The notes: a model not told the origin generated them from the sequence alone. Shown: positions 12,966-27,085, counted from the stretch's first letter. The stretch is DNA of 64,000 nucleotides from Octopus bimaculoides (GCF_001194135.2 NC_068990.1:3173704-3237703), one strand, 5' to 3'. Program-made: numbers and translations.

Positions 12966-14559
12966 CGACTTTCTAACACAGATACAAGTTCAGAAAGAAC
13001 ACATACGCGCGTGCGCGCGTGCGCACACACACACACACACACACAATAGATTAAGAAGCAGTATATTAGAATTTAGATGTCGCTTTCTATACATCATTCA
13101 ATTTTTTACGGTGTCGTCTATGTTCTTCGTCTTGCCTGGATCGATATATTAAACTCAACACGTACGTACTTCTATCCTATTTTATTGAACCGATATCCAA
13201 CACGGCTACAAACTTATGGCTCGTTACAAATATAAGAAATCAATATTTAGTTTAGATGTTATCTCTAAATTATTTATTTATATATTGGCTGCTTGTTGTA
13301 CCTCAGAAGTCACTAACAACCTGACAGGTTATAAAATTATTTATGGAACATTAATGCCCAACATCGCTTATTTATTAGCTTTTTTATATTATCTATCAAC
13401 ACAATCAATTCTGTTTTAGATTTCATTTTATTTTCAGATCTTTTATGATAGTTAACTCGTTTTAAATAGCAATTGTCTATAAGATGATTCATCATTTCAT
13501 TGCGTTTCTCTTGTACGGATTTTAAGTCCCGTGGTAAAATAATTCGATGTTTACAATTTATTTTTATAGAAAAATGAATTGGACATATGTCACTGAAAAT
13601 ACTTTATTGTATTTTAGTATCATTTCTGTTAGATTTAAAATACACAAAATGCAAACTAGAAATTAAATAAAGCATTATTCCACGATAGGAAACAAGACAA
13701 ATTCACTTCCACTGATTGCACTTGTAGACCTTAAATTTTAGTTCGAGTTTAGTTCATCAAAAGTCTTCTTTTATGATTCCTTTATAATTATCAATTTCCT
13801 TATCCTGAAGTGAATATAATAGTCGAAGTGTCATATTATCAATTAAATATTAACTAAAACTTCGATGTCATAATATTAACTAAAGATCTTTTTTAACCAA
13901 ACATGAAACAATTTAGTCCAACTTTTTCATTGCTACTTTGTTTCTCAACTTCTCTTGATATTTCTTTCCTTCTTACAAAATATATCTCTAACCACATCTC
14001 ATATTAATCTATTCTGCTCAGCAAAGAACACATTTTTCTTTCCTATTTTGATCCATTTCACATTATTCCGTCAATTTTCCATGTCTCTTCCTTATTTTCG
14101 TCTTTCCTGTTTGCGCTTCCAAGTGGTTTCACTTTCATATGGTATTTTTTTTTTAGGATTGCATATCTCCATATTTTTCTCTCACTTCGTACACTCTAAC
14201 GTCTTGATATTTTATTCAATCCAACTCTCTTATTCACCTTCTTCTTTCTTTTCGCGATCTTTCACATTTGTCCAGCTTCTCTCTCTTTATTCACAATTAC
14301 ATACAGTACCATCATATATTGTGGATCTCACCTAAACTTCTGTACATATATCCATTCACATTCTCAAAGTATGCAAGTATATATATTTATTTATGTGTTT
14401 CAGCCAAGTGGCTGCGGTCATATTTTTTTAAGTGTTTGTATGGATGCGTATATTTTTGTATGTATATATGTGTGTGAGCGTATGTAATGCATGTATATGC
14501 ATATATGTAGGTGTGCAAACACGTATATTGATGTACACGTCTGAGCGAGAGAGGATCGT

Positions 14560-14690
14560 TGAGGTCGCAGTGAACCGTACATTTTCTTATTGAACCTGCT
14601 ACCACTATTTGCGGAATTATCATCAGTAACTTTGCCCATGAATCTATAATAATACCAAGATTTCTGTCCAGAGTTATCTCCCATACCTGA
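14560..14690 (-). mobile_element. Possible very old CR1/L2 RT C-terminal remnant
   Basis: Minus frame reads DRNLGIIIDSW..QIVVAG, resembling the (K/R)NLGVI.DS.L motif; single short motif only. Confidence 0.25.
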
Positions 14691-15189
14691 CAATTCAAAT
14701 ATAATAACATTAATCTAAGACTAACATTGTATGCTGGTGTTTTTTCAATACCGCCTGCTTAAGTTACTTTTCGTCAGCTAAATAATACTAACAGCATTAA
14801 GTATGTTAACACTAACTTATCTATTGTCTTTAATGCGAATGACATTTAAGAGAGATCTAAAGAGAATAGTTTTGTTAGACGTTTCAAACAGTTCTTTTAT
14901 CCTCAGTTATTTTCTGGGGAGCGATATTTATTCAAAGCTGAATTATTCACTGCCAAAATAAGTTTGTTTCCTCTGGAAATGCTTCTGTATCACATGAATA
15001 CGCATCATGCTGATCACGATATTAGTAAAATAATCGGAATTTGGAATGCAGTGAAATTATTATACCGTCATGCTTCCATAGGTCTGTTGGATATAAGAGC
15101 CTTAAGATGAAAAATACCTTTTTCTTTTTCCTTCTTCTAGCTATTCAATTAAATGATTGTAGAATTACAAATAAACAACTTCGTTCGTA

Positions 15190-15247
<58 letters not shown>

Positions 15248-15258
15248 TGATGATGATA

Positions 15259-15490
15259 CAGTAATCACTCGCCACATCGCGGTTCACCTATTGCGATTTA
15301 GTATATCGCGGATTTTTCTTGCTTATATATGTAAATTTATATCGCGTACTCCTCAGTATATCACGGGTTTCTGCGGCCGATAGGTATTTATATTTTTTTA
15401 GATTTTAATTATTTCTGTGATAAAATAAGCATCTTCACGCCTAAAAATTAATAAATGAATAAATAAAAATATTGTACAGTACTGGACAGT
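15259..15490 (+). mobile_element. pogo/Tigger-like DNA transposon end (non-autonomous)
   Basis: TA followed by CAGTAATCACTCGCCACATCGCGGTTCACC, with repeated tatcgcgg sub-terminal motifs; partner end not found. Confidence 0.5.
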
Positions 15491-16337
15491 ATAACACATT
15501 AATTAAAATATATTAAAATAATATACGTATGTACCATAGATGATTAAACAAAGAATACATGCATATGTGTGTTTGGGTTTCTCTATGTGTATGTATGCTT
15601 AAGGTCCCATGCCCCTTTTTGTGTGTATGTGTTTGTGTACGTTTACATGTCTGTATGTATATGTGGATGNNNNNNNNNNCACACACACATATGGACACAG
15701 AAAGACACGCACACACATATTTTGTATATCCACACACACACACATATATATAATAGGGGAGTGGGAGAGATGAGGAGATGAAATGGAATCGAAGACTGAG
15801 ATACTTAGAGAGATAGAAGGGTTGGAAATTAATATGACCATCGGTTGAACTGAACTGTAAGAAAATTTGATTTTGTGCGAGAACAATATCGATAAGATGA
15901 TAAAACCTTTCTCGTAAAGTCTTAATATAAAGAAGCGGCTTGTAAAACTTCAAACGAGTAAGATAATTAAATAAACAAAGAAAAGAAAAGGAGTTAGAAA
16001 TAAAAACGGACAGTGGGAATAGAAAGAGAATGTTGAAATATATTTTTATTTATTCATTTATATATTTATTATTTAATGTTAAGAGAATCTAAACCGTCCG
16101 TAGTATTTTCAGGCATTCTTAGAATGAAAGATAGGAATAACTGCTCGAGGTTAATGCGGTTAACATTCAATTTGAACTTTAAGATTGTAGGAGATAGCTA
16201 AGAAAATATATTACCAGGATAAAAGCGATATATAGTTATTTACTTTCTTACGTTTCGGCTTTGAGATTCAATATCTGCTAGTATCGACATTTATTGTCAT
16301 TACTGTTGTGTATATAATATATGTGTATGTATGTGTG

Positions 16338-16372
<35 letters not shown>

Positions 16373-17439
16373 CAGAGAGAGAGGGTGCGAGTGTGTGCGT
16401 CTGTGTGTGCATAAACACAAGCACACACACACACACACATATATACACCCCCCACACACACATATACATATGTATGTATATGTGTTTAGATAGATAGATA
16501 GATAGATAGATAATTTGTCGGATATTTACATACACACATTATATATATNNNNNNNNNNGAGAGAGAGAGAATTGTGGCTACTATTCTTGCTGCTACTCTG
16601 CTTCTTATCTAACACGGAGTCAATCATGTCCGAGCAGTCCTATATTCGAATTCGAAATCATTTCAATCATAAACATCATGTTTAATTTTTTAATACGTTA
16701 AAGGTTATGTCTTGCTTATAATACATTGTATAATGTGTGCTTACTACTTTTAATCTAGTAAGGTGTGATTTGAGAGAGACAGAGCGGCCGCGTAAACACT
16801 TTCTGATCTTAAATCGTTCCTATATCTCTTCACATGAGATTTTGTGCTTAAAGTAGATATAAATATTTGCATTTCGATGGCGATTATTAAGATCCACACT
16901 TGAATCTTTCGTGTAACAACAAGGAATAAAATGCATGGTTCTGTTCCTGAGGAGAGTCAATTTGACATATAGTATTAAAACCAGAAGACATGAAAGTATG
17001 AACGATGGAAAGAACACTCCTCTCATAAAATAAGCAAACTTTTTAAACCTGATCAAATATTAACGAATAATATATGAAAATTTATATAAGAAAAATGATT
17101 GGAGAAAAGATTAGGTTATCGACAGATTTTTCATCCTGAAATTCTAACCATGACCATTCGTTAATTTTATTCAGATAGAAATTATATACGACTACATAAT
17201 CCAATGTATATTGTTATTTTGAAAATGATAGGAGTGACCTGGGGATTTTCTGTTGTTTCTAGCAGTTACTAAGACCACGTAGAAGTTCTCATGTTGCTTA
17301 CGTAGAGCAGAAAGCAGATGTTTCTCAGTGAGGTAGCTAATAAAATTATTCAGTGATTTTAGCATCAATACACTAGTTTTTGCTTGATCTCTTCTCCAGT
17401 ACAACAATAAGGAAAAAAAACAATAACGGTCTCGTATTT

Positions 17440-17622
17440 TGGCACCAGGCCACTTATTTCTTGAAGATGTATGAGGCGATTTAAGTGAGCCCCGTGTTAA
17501 GCTGGTACATCAAAGGATGAGAGGCAAAGTCAGCATTTGCGAAATATGAACCCAAAATGTAAAGACGGACAAAATGCCGCTAAGCATTTTACTCGATCTG
17601 CTAACGGTTCTGTCAGCTCGCT
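17440..17622 (-). mobile_element. SINE family A
   Basis: aaggatgagaggcaaagtc..aaagacggacaaaatgccgctaagcatttt..ctaacggttctgtcagctcg. Confidence 0.85.
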
Positions 17623-17764
17623 AGGAAGAAGAGAAAGGGGAGGAGGGGTGTTCTAAGCACTTTTAAGACTGCTAAAAACTTGTGTACACGTAAGACTACA
17701 AGTAGTAACCCACTAACCACATAAATCCTACCAGGAATAAGATCGAACCTGAGCCAAACCAAAA

Positions 17765-17808
<44 letters not shown>

Positions 17809-17815
17809 ATACTAA

Positions 17816-17887
<72 letters not shown>

Positions 17888-17917
17888 CAACTACAACAAC
17901 AATAATAATAATAATAA
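17765..17917. repeat. (TAC)n/(TAA)n compound microsatellite
   Basis: Directly visible. Confidence 0.95.
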
Positions 17918-18729
17918 CAGCTCCGGGCTATATAAATTCTAAAAACTATCAGGCTAACGTTCTTCAAAACAGTTCTCAGCCTAAATGCAGATTTTGCGAC
18001 ACATTTCACGAGACAATAGACCATCGCGTCTGGGGATGTCCTATTCCAACACCAAACGAATACAAACATCACCACGACAGGATAGGACAGTATGTATAGT
18101 ATTTACAGTATTTACAGTATTTACACTACAATTTCAGCACTCCTACTTACTAGTATGAACATCATCCTGAGCCAGTCGTTGAATGTAAAAATGTCTCTAT
18201 CTCTGGGATTTTTCAATCAACGCGGACAGAACGATCTTGGGTAATCGACCAGACAAAATCATTAAGGACAAGGAAGAAAATGCTTGTAGACCAATAGATG
18301 TAAGTCTTCCCACTGAAAAAACATATCTGTAAAGGAATGTGACAAAATTAATAAATAAAAGGACCTGTAAATTGAAATACAAAAGATGTGGCATCTTAAA
18401 GCAAGAACTGTTCTTGTTATTATAGGTACTCTACGTATTATAAGAAAAGAGTGGATGTCAGAAACATCTAGATAACATTCCAAGAGAACCTTGTCACGAG
18501 TAATCCAAAAGATTTTACTAACAAGTACAGTCCACATCCTTAGAAAAACCCTATCAATTTAAATGTCTGTTTTGTATTACATGAAGATATTTCGCTACTG
18601 CCCCTGCCACGTCCCCTCCTCAAGATATCAGTCATACTATACCATTTCTTATCCTTCACTCGCCTTAGGATGCTGGGTGTGTCTCGGCGAGTGATTGTAA
18701 AAACATGCAGATTGAAAGTAAATAGAATG
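17918..18729 (+). mobile_element. R4/Dong-like LINE, 5'-truncated 3' end (CCHC knuckle, RLE endonuclease, 3' UTR)
   Basis: PKCRFCDTFHETIDHRVWGC..HHHDRIG; NRPDKIIKDK..IDVSLP..KDL*IEIQKMWHLK..IIGTL..HILRKTLSI*; flanked by (TAA)n on both sides. Confidence 0.92.
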
Positions 18730-18769
18730 ATAATAATAGTAATAATAATATTTTTGAAGTCTTGTTGTT

Positions 18770-19109
<340 letters not shown>

Positions 19110-20141
19110 GTAAAACAGATCAGCTGCTCATCAATATGCTGATCTTAGAAGATTGTCACAAACGACACAAAAACTTGTCAATAGCCTGAAGAGACTATAA
19201 AAAGCTTTTGATAGCCTACCACATAACTGGATTAAGGAATATCTGGAAATGCATAAAATAGCTCCTACTCTGCGAAACTTTTAATCTGTAAGTATGAAAT
19301 CATGGAGAACGACACTGACTTTGAACAGTGACAATGAATATCTAAATGCAGGAGGTATAAAAATTGTATGTGGCATTTTCCAGGGTGACTCACTATCACC
19401 ATTACTCTTTTGTCTAGCCTTAATATCTATCGAAATCGCACAATGATGTATATATAGCACGATTATAAAAAGTTTGATAAAAATATAAATCATCTCATTT
19501 ACACGGATGATTGAAAGCTCTTTGCAAAAAATGACCAACAACTCAAGGGCTTACTAGCGATTGTTAAACAAATCAGTGATGACATCAGGATACAATTTGG
19601 CCTCGGATAAATGTGCAAAAGCTGCCTTTGTGAAAGTAAAATATGACAGAAACATCTAACGTTAACTTTGACCAGCAGAATGTCATAAAAGAGTTAGAAT
19701 CAGCGGAGAGCTACAAATACCAAGGGGTATTTGAAGGGGACGGAATCAAACATTCACTGATGAGGGAAAGGATCAGAACAGAATGTTATCGCAAAGTGAG
19801 AGCAATACTCAAGACAGAGCTGAATGCAAGAAACAGGATCGAAGCGATCAATACTTTAGCCAGATACCAGGAAACACCAAAATGGCAGAAATTCATAGGA
19901 TAGTGCTCATGGGAACTTCCCATACCATACGCAAATACTGTCTGTGTAATCTCAAATTTTAAAATAAACATAATTTTCTTGTGGTTTCTTAAACATTCTC
20001 TAGAACAACACTATGCACAAAACCAAATATATGGCACCGTAGGCATAACACCAGCATGAACTTCTAACTTGTTGTCTCTTGAGGCCTCTGGGTGAGACTT
20101 GGAGCTAATTTGTACAAATGCAAAGCAAAAGTCAAACATAA
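19110..20141 (+). mobile_element. R4/Dong-like LINE, 5'-truncated with large internal deletion
   Basis: DQLLINMLILEDC..DYKKAFDSLPHNWI..GIFQGDSLSPLLFCLAL..HLIYTDD..FGL.KC..YKYQGV..NARNRIEAINTLA is joined directly to the C-terminal IPGNTKMAEIHRIVLMGTSHTIRK; (TAA)n on both sides. Confidence 0.93.
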
Positions 20142-20142
<1 letters not shown>

Positions 20143-20224
<82 letters not shown>

Positions 20225-20310
20225 TGATGATGATAATAATAACAACAACANNNNNNNNNNATAATAATAATAATAATAATGATGATGATGATAATAATAA
20301 CAACAACAAC

Positions 20311-20371
<61 letters not shown>

Positions 20372-20375
20372 GTAA
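20143..20375. repeat. (TAA)n/(GAT)n/(CAA)n compound microsatellite
   Basis: Directly visible; contains a 10-N gap. Confidence 0.95.
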
Positions 20376-20714
20376 TAAAAATGTGTTACACAAAAAATGC
20401 AGGAAAGAATGCTGCAAGATGATAAATGATAAAAAAAGAAAGAAAGCAAAAAAAATTAAATGAAGGAAAAGATGAAAGAAATTAATAAATTGTGATAAGT
20501 GAATGTAGAATGATAGTAAGGTATGTAAATATAAGAAAACATGAGTGATGCAGAAATTAGTGGGAGAAAAAGAAAGGAATGACCTAAATATTAAATAACT
20601 ACAGCGGAGATTTAAATGATTAGATAAATTGAAGGCTGTAAGCTGTAGAGCGAAAGAAATAATGGAAGGGAGCAAAATGTATTTGAAAAAAAAAGAAGAC
20701 ATTTTCTACTGTAG

Positions 20715-20900
20715 ATACACAGCCTGAAACGAGGTGGGAAAGATATAGTCGAATGCATCGACCGCAGTTGATAAATTATTTATCAACATCAAACAGAAGA
20801 AAGGCTAAGTTGACCTCGCCAGAAGTTGCACTCAGAACATAAAAATGGACGATATGCCGCTAAGTGTATTTTCTGGTGTGCTAACGGTTGAGCTAGACCG
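20715..20900 (-). mobile_element. SINE family A (tandem copy 1)
   Basis: agtcgaatgcatcgacc..aaggctaagttgacctcgccagaagttgcactcagaac..gccgctaag..ctaacggtt. Confidence 0.8.
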
Positions 20901-20934
20901 GCGACATATTAAACAAACTTACATAAATAATGGT

Positions 20935-21135
20935 TTCAAGTTTTGGCACAAGAGCAGTCATTTGGGATGAGGGGATGAGTCGATTACATCGACACCAATG
21001 TTTCACTGGTACTTAATTTATGAATCCCCGGAAAGATGAAGTGCAAAGTCGACCCCGACGGAATTTGAACTCAGATCGGACCGACGGGCGAAATGCCGCT
21101 AGACATTTAGTCCAGCATGCTAACGATTCTGCCAA
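20935..21135 (-). mobile_element. SINE family A (tandem copy 2)
   Basis: agtcgattacatcgacaccaatg..ggtacttaattta..aaagtcgaccccgacggaatttgaactcag..ctaacgattctgcca. Confidence 0.9.
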
Positions 21136-21450
21136 ATGAAAAATGTCGAAAAAGGAATCGTATAAACAAAGGAGGAAATCAAAGAAAGTGAGATAGAAAC
21201 ATCAAATCAATTGTGAGACAGGAAAAGAGTGAAGGAAATCAAAGAGAAATAGAATGTAAAACGACGAGAATTATGAAAAAACAAATAAAGATAAACATTT
21301 TCGAAAGAGTGATAGAAAAGAGTGAGGGAGAGAGAGTGAGAGAGAAGGGGTCGGGGAAGAGGCAGAATTTAAATAGAGATTTGTGAGAAATAGAGAGACA
21401 GAGAGGTAAGAATTTAAGATATATGTGCAGTATTTATATATATATATATT

Positions 21451-21483
<33 letters not shown>

Positions 21484-21501
21484 TACATACATACACACAC
21501 A

Positions 21502-21535
<34 letters not shown>

Positions 21536-22038
21536 TATATGTGAAAGCAATCATGCAGTTGGAGTGATAGAGTGATAAGCCGAAATATGGGCAAATTTGA
21601 TCTTTATAAAACGTTTGTGCTTTTCCTGTGATCCGGCTAAGTGCATCGATAATTGCCGAAAGTTTAATGGTGGAAAATTATTTCATCGAGTAATCAAAAG
21701 CAGCTTACCGACAGCAGTCGATGTTTGGTTATAATGCAAGGCTGTTTCAGAAATATTGTCTGTTCGATAAAACTTTTGATCAATAATAGGTTAGTTAGTG
21801 TTAACATATTCACTACGAGGAACATTAAAAAGTGAAAAGGAGTAATTTTGAGGCGTCGATGAATTAACTTCCGGTATTTAGTTACCTTTACACATTTTCT
21901 GTGTTCTAATGTCGCAAGGATCAGATTTTTTTTTTTAATATCCTTCGATGGATGAGACAAAACAAATATCAATCAAGTAGTGAAGTTGATTTAATAGACA
22001 ATCCTTTCTGCCTGTGATCGAAACATATTATTATTATT

Positions 22039-22243
22039 GAGCTGGCAGAATCGTTAGCGCGCGGGGCAAAATGCTTAGCGGTCTTTCTTCACGTCCTGAG
22101 TTCAAATGTCAATGGGGTCAAATATGCCTTTCGTTCTTTCGAGATCAATAAATTAAATGCCAGTGAAACGCTGGGCCCAATATCATCGATAAGTCTCCAC
22201 CCCACAAATTTGAGGTCTTGTACCACCAGTAGAAAGGATTATT
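22039..22243 (+). mobile_element. SINE family A
   Basis: A-box-like TGGCAGAATCGTTAG, B-box GAGTTCAAA, core gcctttcgttctttcgagatcaataaattaa, tail gtagaaaggattatt. Confidence 0.9.
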
Positions 22244-22254
22244 TTTTTTTTTTT

Positions 22255-22487
22255 ACTATTTTACTCTTTTATTTGTTTCAGTTATTTGACTGTGTCCATG
22301 CTGGAGCACCACCTTTAGTTGAGCAAATCGACTCCAGGACTTATTCTTTGTAAGCCTAGTACTTATTCTATCGGTCTCTTTTGCCGAACTGCGAAGTTAC
22401 GGGGGACGTAAACACACCAGCATCGGTTGTCAAGCGATGTTGTGGGGACAAACACAGACACACAAACACACAAACACACACACACAC
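22255..22487 (-). mobile_element. SINE family B (internal microsatellite type), 3' half; 5' half lost in gap
   Basis: tttcagttatttgactg..ccatgctggagcacc..cctagtacttattctatcggtctcttttgccgaac..catcggttgtcaagcgatg, then (CA)n. Confidence 0.92.
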
Positions 22488-23166
22488 NNNNNNNNNNNNN
22501 NNNNNNNNNNNNNNNNNNNNNNNNNNNNNNNNNNNNNNNNNNNNNNNNNNNNNNNNNNNNNNNNNNNNNNNNNNNNNNNNNNNNNNNNNNNNNNNNNNNN
22601 NNNNNNNNNNNNNNNNNNNNNNNNNNNNNNNNNNNNNNNNNNNNNNNNNNNNNNNNNNNNNNNNNNNNNNNNNNNNNNNNNNNNNNNNNNNNNNNNNNNN
22701 NNNNNNNNNNNNNNNNNNNNNNNNNNNNNNNNNNNNNNNNNNNNNNNNNNNNNNNNNNNNNNNNNNNNNNNNNNNNNNNNNNNNNNNNNNNNNNNNNNNN
22801 NNNNNNNNNNNNNNNNNNNNNNNNNNNNNNNNNNNNNNNNNNNNNNNNNNNNNNNNNNNNNNNNNNNNNNNNNNNNNNNNNNNNNNNNNNNNNNNNNNNN
22901 NNNNNNNNNNNNNNNNNNNNNNNNNNNNNNNNNNNNNNNNNNNNNNNNNNNNNNNNNNNNNNNNNNNNNNNNNNNNNNNNNNNNNNNNNNNNNNNNNNNN
23001 NNNNNNNNNNNNNNNNNNNNNNNNNNNNNNNNNNNNNNNNNNNATTATTATTATTATTATTGTTCAGTAGTTTTATTTTTATAACGTGCTTTCACTTCAC
23101 TACCGAGCGCAACTCTGTGCGCCTTGGGTATGTGCTGTGGTTTGCTGTGGTGCTCCTATGTTTACT

Positions 23167-23234
<68 letters not shown>

Positions 23235-23450
23235 AGGCAGCGAGCTGGCAGAATGGTTAGCCCGCTCAGCAAATTGTCTGGCAGCATTTTGACCGTCTTT
23301 ATATTCTGAGTTTAAATTCCACCGAGATCGACTTTGTCTTTCATCCTTTCCGATGTGGTAAAGTAAGTACCATTTGTGTATTGGAATCGATGTAATTGAC
23401 TTACCCCGTCTCCAAAAATCCAGGCTTTGTGTCTACAATAGACACAAGAT
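23235..23450 (+). mobile_element. SINE family A
   Basis: aaggcagcgagctggcagaatggttag head; gactttgtctttcatccttt core. Confidence 0.88.
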
Positions 23451-23570
23451 GTGTCTATTAAGATGAAGCCTTCACTTTCTGCCTTTAGCTCTGCGTTTCG
23501 TAGCCACTAATGGGTGAGCTTCTGGTAAACATTATCTTATTTGCTATAGGCCACATATTTCTGTTCTCAC

Positions 23571-23722
23571 CTACCAGCCAATTGTTTATATGCTTTTTTC
23601 TTTGCCATTAATTTTACTTTCTTTGCAAATACAGTTGCCACACTTCTCACAGGCTGTTCAACCTTTGTATCATTCATGAAATCAATAACAAATTGCTTGT
23701 TCTCTTTTGAATATACTGATGT
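23571..23722 (-). CDS. Candidate internal coding exon of an unidentified host gene
   Basis: Acceptor ctgttttatttgtaacacag. Open phase-0 frame TSVYSKENKQFVIDFMNDTKVEQPVRSVATVFAKKVKLMAKKKAYKQLAG. Donor AG|GTGAGA (alternative CTG|GTAGGT with exon end 23575). No CpG and no recognisable TE motif. Protein not recognised. Confidence 0.4.
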
Positions 23723-25984
23723 CTGTGTTACAAATAAAACAGAGTGAGTAGTGCAGTTTTTACATGGAGAAGAATTTGCGTAGAATGTGCGTACCCATGT
23801 GTATAATCTTTTGTAATTCGCTTATTTTGGGGTTGCATCCCTTCATATCGTTCCAAGTGCCCCAATACTAATCGAGTGAGACAAGTGTTCTCATTCTCAA
23901 ATACATGGGATTTAGTGTGCTGTCAGAAATAATCAGCTTGTGTATTGTAATGTGCATCGTTTTGGAAGGATGCGACACACCTCTGAAAGTTTAAAAAATA
24001 TGGACTAGTAAATTCGTCCCGAGTCGGTTTGTCGGTTCAGTTACAAATGAAAACAGTACAACAGAGAAAATCCAGATTTAATTGATAAGACTAATGAAGT
24101 AGTAATCTCCGTTGCAGAGACGACCAGCATCTGAAAGTCAGTTGCCGTTAATAAAAAGTGAAGCAAGGAGGATCACGCTGTTTCCGCTACCACAAATATA
24201 GCAAAAGCTACAACAGCGTGCCATCATATCAGCCGGAAGAGGACCACTAACAAAAGTAACAGCTTCAACAGTAAAATCCGCTCTGGATATTGAAGCAGCC
24301 GCAGTTACATCACTAGCAACACAGCAGAACTAACAGCGCTTGCCAGCACGACAAAACCTTGATGACAATTACAACAAGAATAACTTTGCCACCGTAAAGA
24401 ATGGAATTGTCTAAATCTAACATAATATCACATGACACATCTCGCCCCTAATCCGATCGCTCAGTCATGTATTGAAGCAAAAGTGACAAAGTGGAAAAAT
24501 AATGAAGTTTCCGCGTAAGAAGGACAAAAAGATTCCCTCACAAAAGATTGGAAGAAAAAGAGTTGAAGGAAGTGGGATACGAGCATTAACGCCGTCAACA
24601 TCAACACTGCTGATACCTAATCAGATACAAACCAATCAAGGACCAGATCGACAGAAAGAACACTGACAAAGAAGCATTCATAGACATAAAGAATTAACGG
24701 AACCATGTACATCAACACCCAGTCATTACACACAATGACTACACACATCAACAAATGTCGTACAGACACAAATACGTAGAAACCCTAAAGACAATACTAG
24801 AAACTTGCAAATAAAACTACATACCCCAAAGGAATATGGGATGAATAAACGCATATATATATATATTAATTTAATGATGGAAATACTTATAGAACACATG
24901 GAAAAGATATCACCTCTCCTTTCAAAAGAATAATGTAAGTAAACCTTATTTTCACGCATTCATTAACTGTGGCCATACACAGAATAGACATTATAGATGT
25001 AGGTGCTGTGGGTTCAAATGAGAAGGAAAGCCACCTGTTGAATGCCCTCATGGCACTAGAGATAGACATAGATGTAGTGCTTGGTATAATGTCTGGGTGA
25101 AGGATAATGGCGATGAGCAATTTGGGGCCTGAGAGACCTGTTAATTTCGTGCCAATTGAACAGCAAGTAGTTGGATGTGCTTAGCAAAATGTCAGCCTCA
25201 TAGGTTTTAGATTTAATAGAAATGATAGCCTGTCACTCTCTTGCCATATTGACTGATAACAATTAAATGAGCTTAGCAAAAATCTAATTAATACTGTTTG
25301 GAAGTGGTTTGTTTAAAAGTACGTTACCAATTTCAATATAATTAGTTATTTCTCCTTTAGATACTACGCTTTAGATTTAAGTACATATAAATATTCCCTT
25401 ATAGAAATAAAACGGATAATAATATATTAACGAGTCTTTGCATAATCGAAAGTCATCATCAACGAAGTACTTTCTATGTACGAAAGACGTATGTCTTCTC
25501 TTGTTCTTTCCATTGTTAGCTAAGTGTTATGCAAATGTATACTGAAATGTTACAAGAACCATCAATACTACCTCAATCCTGTTCTCAGGTCTGGAAAATA
25601 AACTTCAATGTGCCTATAGAATTTTATTGTATTTTTATGTAATTTTAGAGTCATTATTTTAAACAATCGATCGACTATTTTTTCCGATAATGTCAATATT
25701 ATATAAATATAAATGTATGTATGTGTGTGTGCGTGCGTGTGTGCGTGTGTGAGTGCGTGTGTATGTATGTATGTATATATGTATGTATATATGTATGTAT
25801 GTATATGTATAGGTTCTTTAAACTAAATTTGTTCAATTTTTCAGAAACAGATTGATGCATTGGTGAACAGTCAACGGTGTTGGAGAGCATGAAAATCAAA
25901 TGTGTTATTGAGAAAAATTTATCTAAGATGGATTAAGTGAATATTGCAAAAGAGATACCTGTATGATGATGATTCGCTTCGTAT

Positions 25985-26490
25985 ATCAAAATGCTGGCCA
26001 CGGGTTCAATTCTCTGTGATTCTTGTAAAGGATGTAAGTCGTGACATGGACAGCGGTAACGGAGACTACGAAACCGTGGCCAGCAGAAAGCGACAGAGTA
26101 AGTGTTCTGACCGTGTCCGTACACCGATTGTTACAGGGTTATAGGCTCAATTCAGACTATTATGGCAAAGTACTGGAGGCAGTTGCTACAGGAAGGCTAT
26201 ATGTGGAGCAGCAAGTTTCGGATGTATGCAACAGAATCGGAAATAGACAGAAGTGGTTGTCGAAGAATTTCCACGGCTTCACCAGCCATAGTATCTTAAT
26301 TATTTGATTGTAATCACATTGATGACTACGTATGAGGGCCGGTTGAAGCAGAGAACAATCACATTTCCAGCAACACTAAGGGTGAGCTCATGACCAAGAT
26401 CAAGGAAGTGTCTGATGATCTTACCAGGTACAGAGTGAGAAATACATGCGCGAGGTCGTGGAGACGCCTTGAGGCCATGGTTGAATCTAA
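25985..26490 (+). mobile_element. Tc1/mariner (maT/DD37D-like) transposase remnant, internally deleted
   Basis: N-terminal GNGDYETVASRKRQSKCSDRVRTP joins RLNSDYYGKVLE..; C-terminal DCNHIDDYV*GPVEAENN..TKGELMTKIKEV..VRNTCARSWRRLEAMVESKDG matches the SPDLNPLDY..WG.. RL.avi...G layout. Confidence 0.75.
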
Positions 26491-26706
26491 GGACGGCTAA
26501 TTTTAGTAAACTGCTATCTCCTAGCCATAATCTAGTTGATATTTTTGATTTTATTTAAAATACATTTTATTTTCGGTTATTGATTTTTCCTTTTATGCAA
26601 ACTGTCAAATTTATCCCGAATACCCTCTACACGCATGCACACACATATACAAACACATGTACACATACGCGCACGCACACATGCTGATATGTGTGTGTGC
26701 GTACAC

Positions 26707-26753
<47 letters not shown>

Positions 26754-27085
26754 GACGGACACGCAGACGCACACACACAAACTCATATATATATATATAT
26801 NNNNNNNNNNNNNNNNNNNNNNNNNNNNNNNNNNNNNNNNNNNNNNNNNNNNNNNNNNNNNNNNNNNNNNNNNNNNNNNNNNNNNNNNNNNNNNNNNNNN
26901 NNNNNNNNNNNNNNNNNNNNNNNNNNNNNNNNNNNNNNNNNNNNNNNNNNNNNNNNNNNNNNNNNNNNNNNNNNNNNNNNNNNNNNNNNNNNNNNNNNNN
27001 NNNNNNNNNNNNNNNNNNNNNNNNNNNNNNNNNNNNNNNNNNNNNNNNNNNNNNNNNNNNNNNNNNNNNNNNNNNNNNNNNNNNN

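Noticed and set aside
14418-14693. ORF MSGMGDNSGQKSWYYYRFM.. as a possible reflectin-like exon
   Set aside because: Lacks the reflectin M/FD(X)5MD motif and a good donor; another frame fits a LINE RT remnant better.
22039-22130. tRNA-like A/B box sequences here and in other SINE heads as possible tRNA genes
   Set aside because: No cloverleaf; they run directly into the SINE core.
23970-24720. A/C-rich stretch resembling LINE ORF1 or coding sequence
   Set aside because: Stops in all frames, no motif; looks like decayed AAC/AGC low-complexity sequence.
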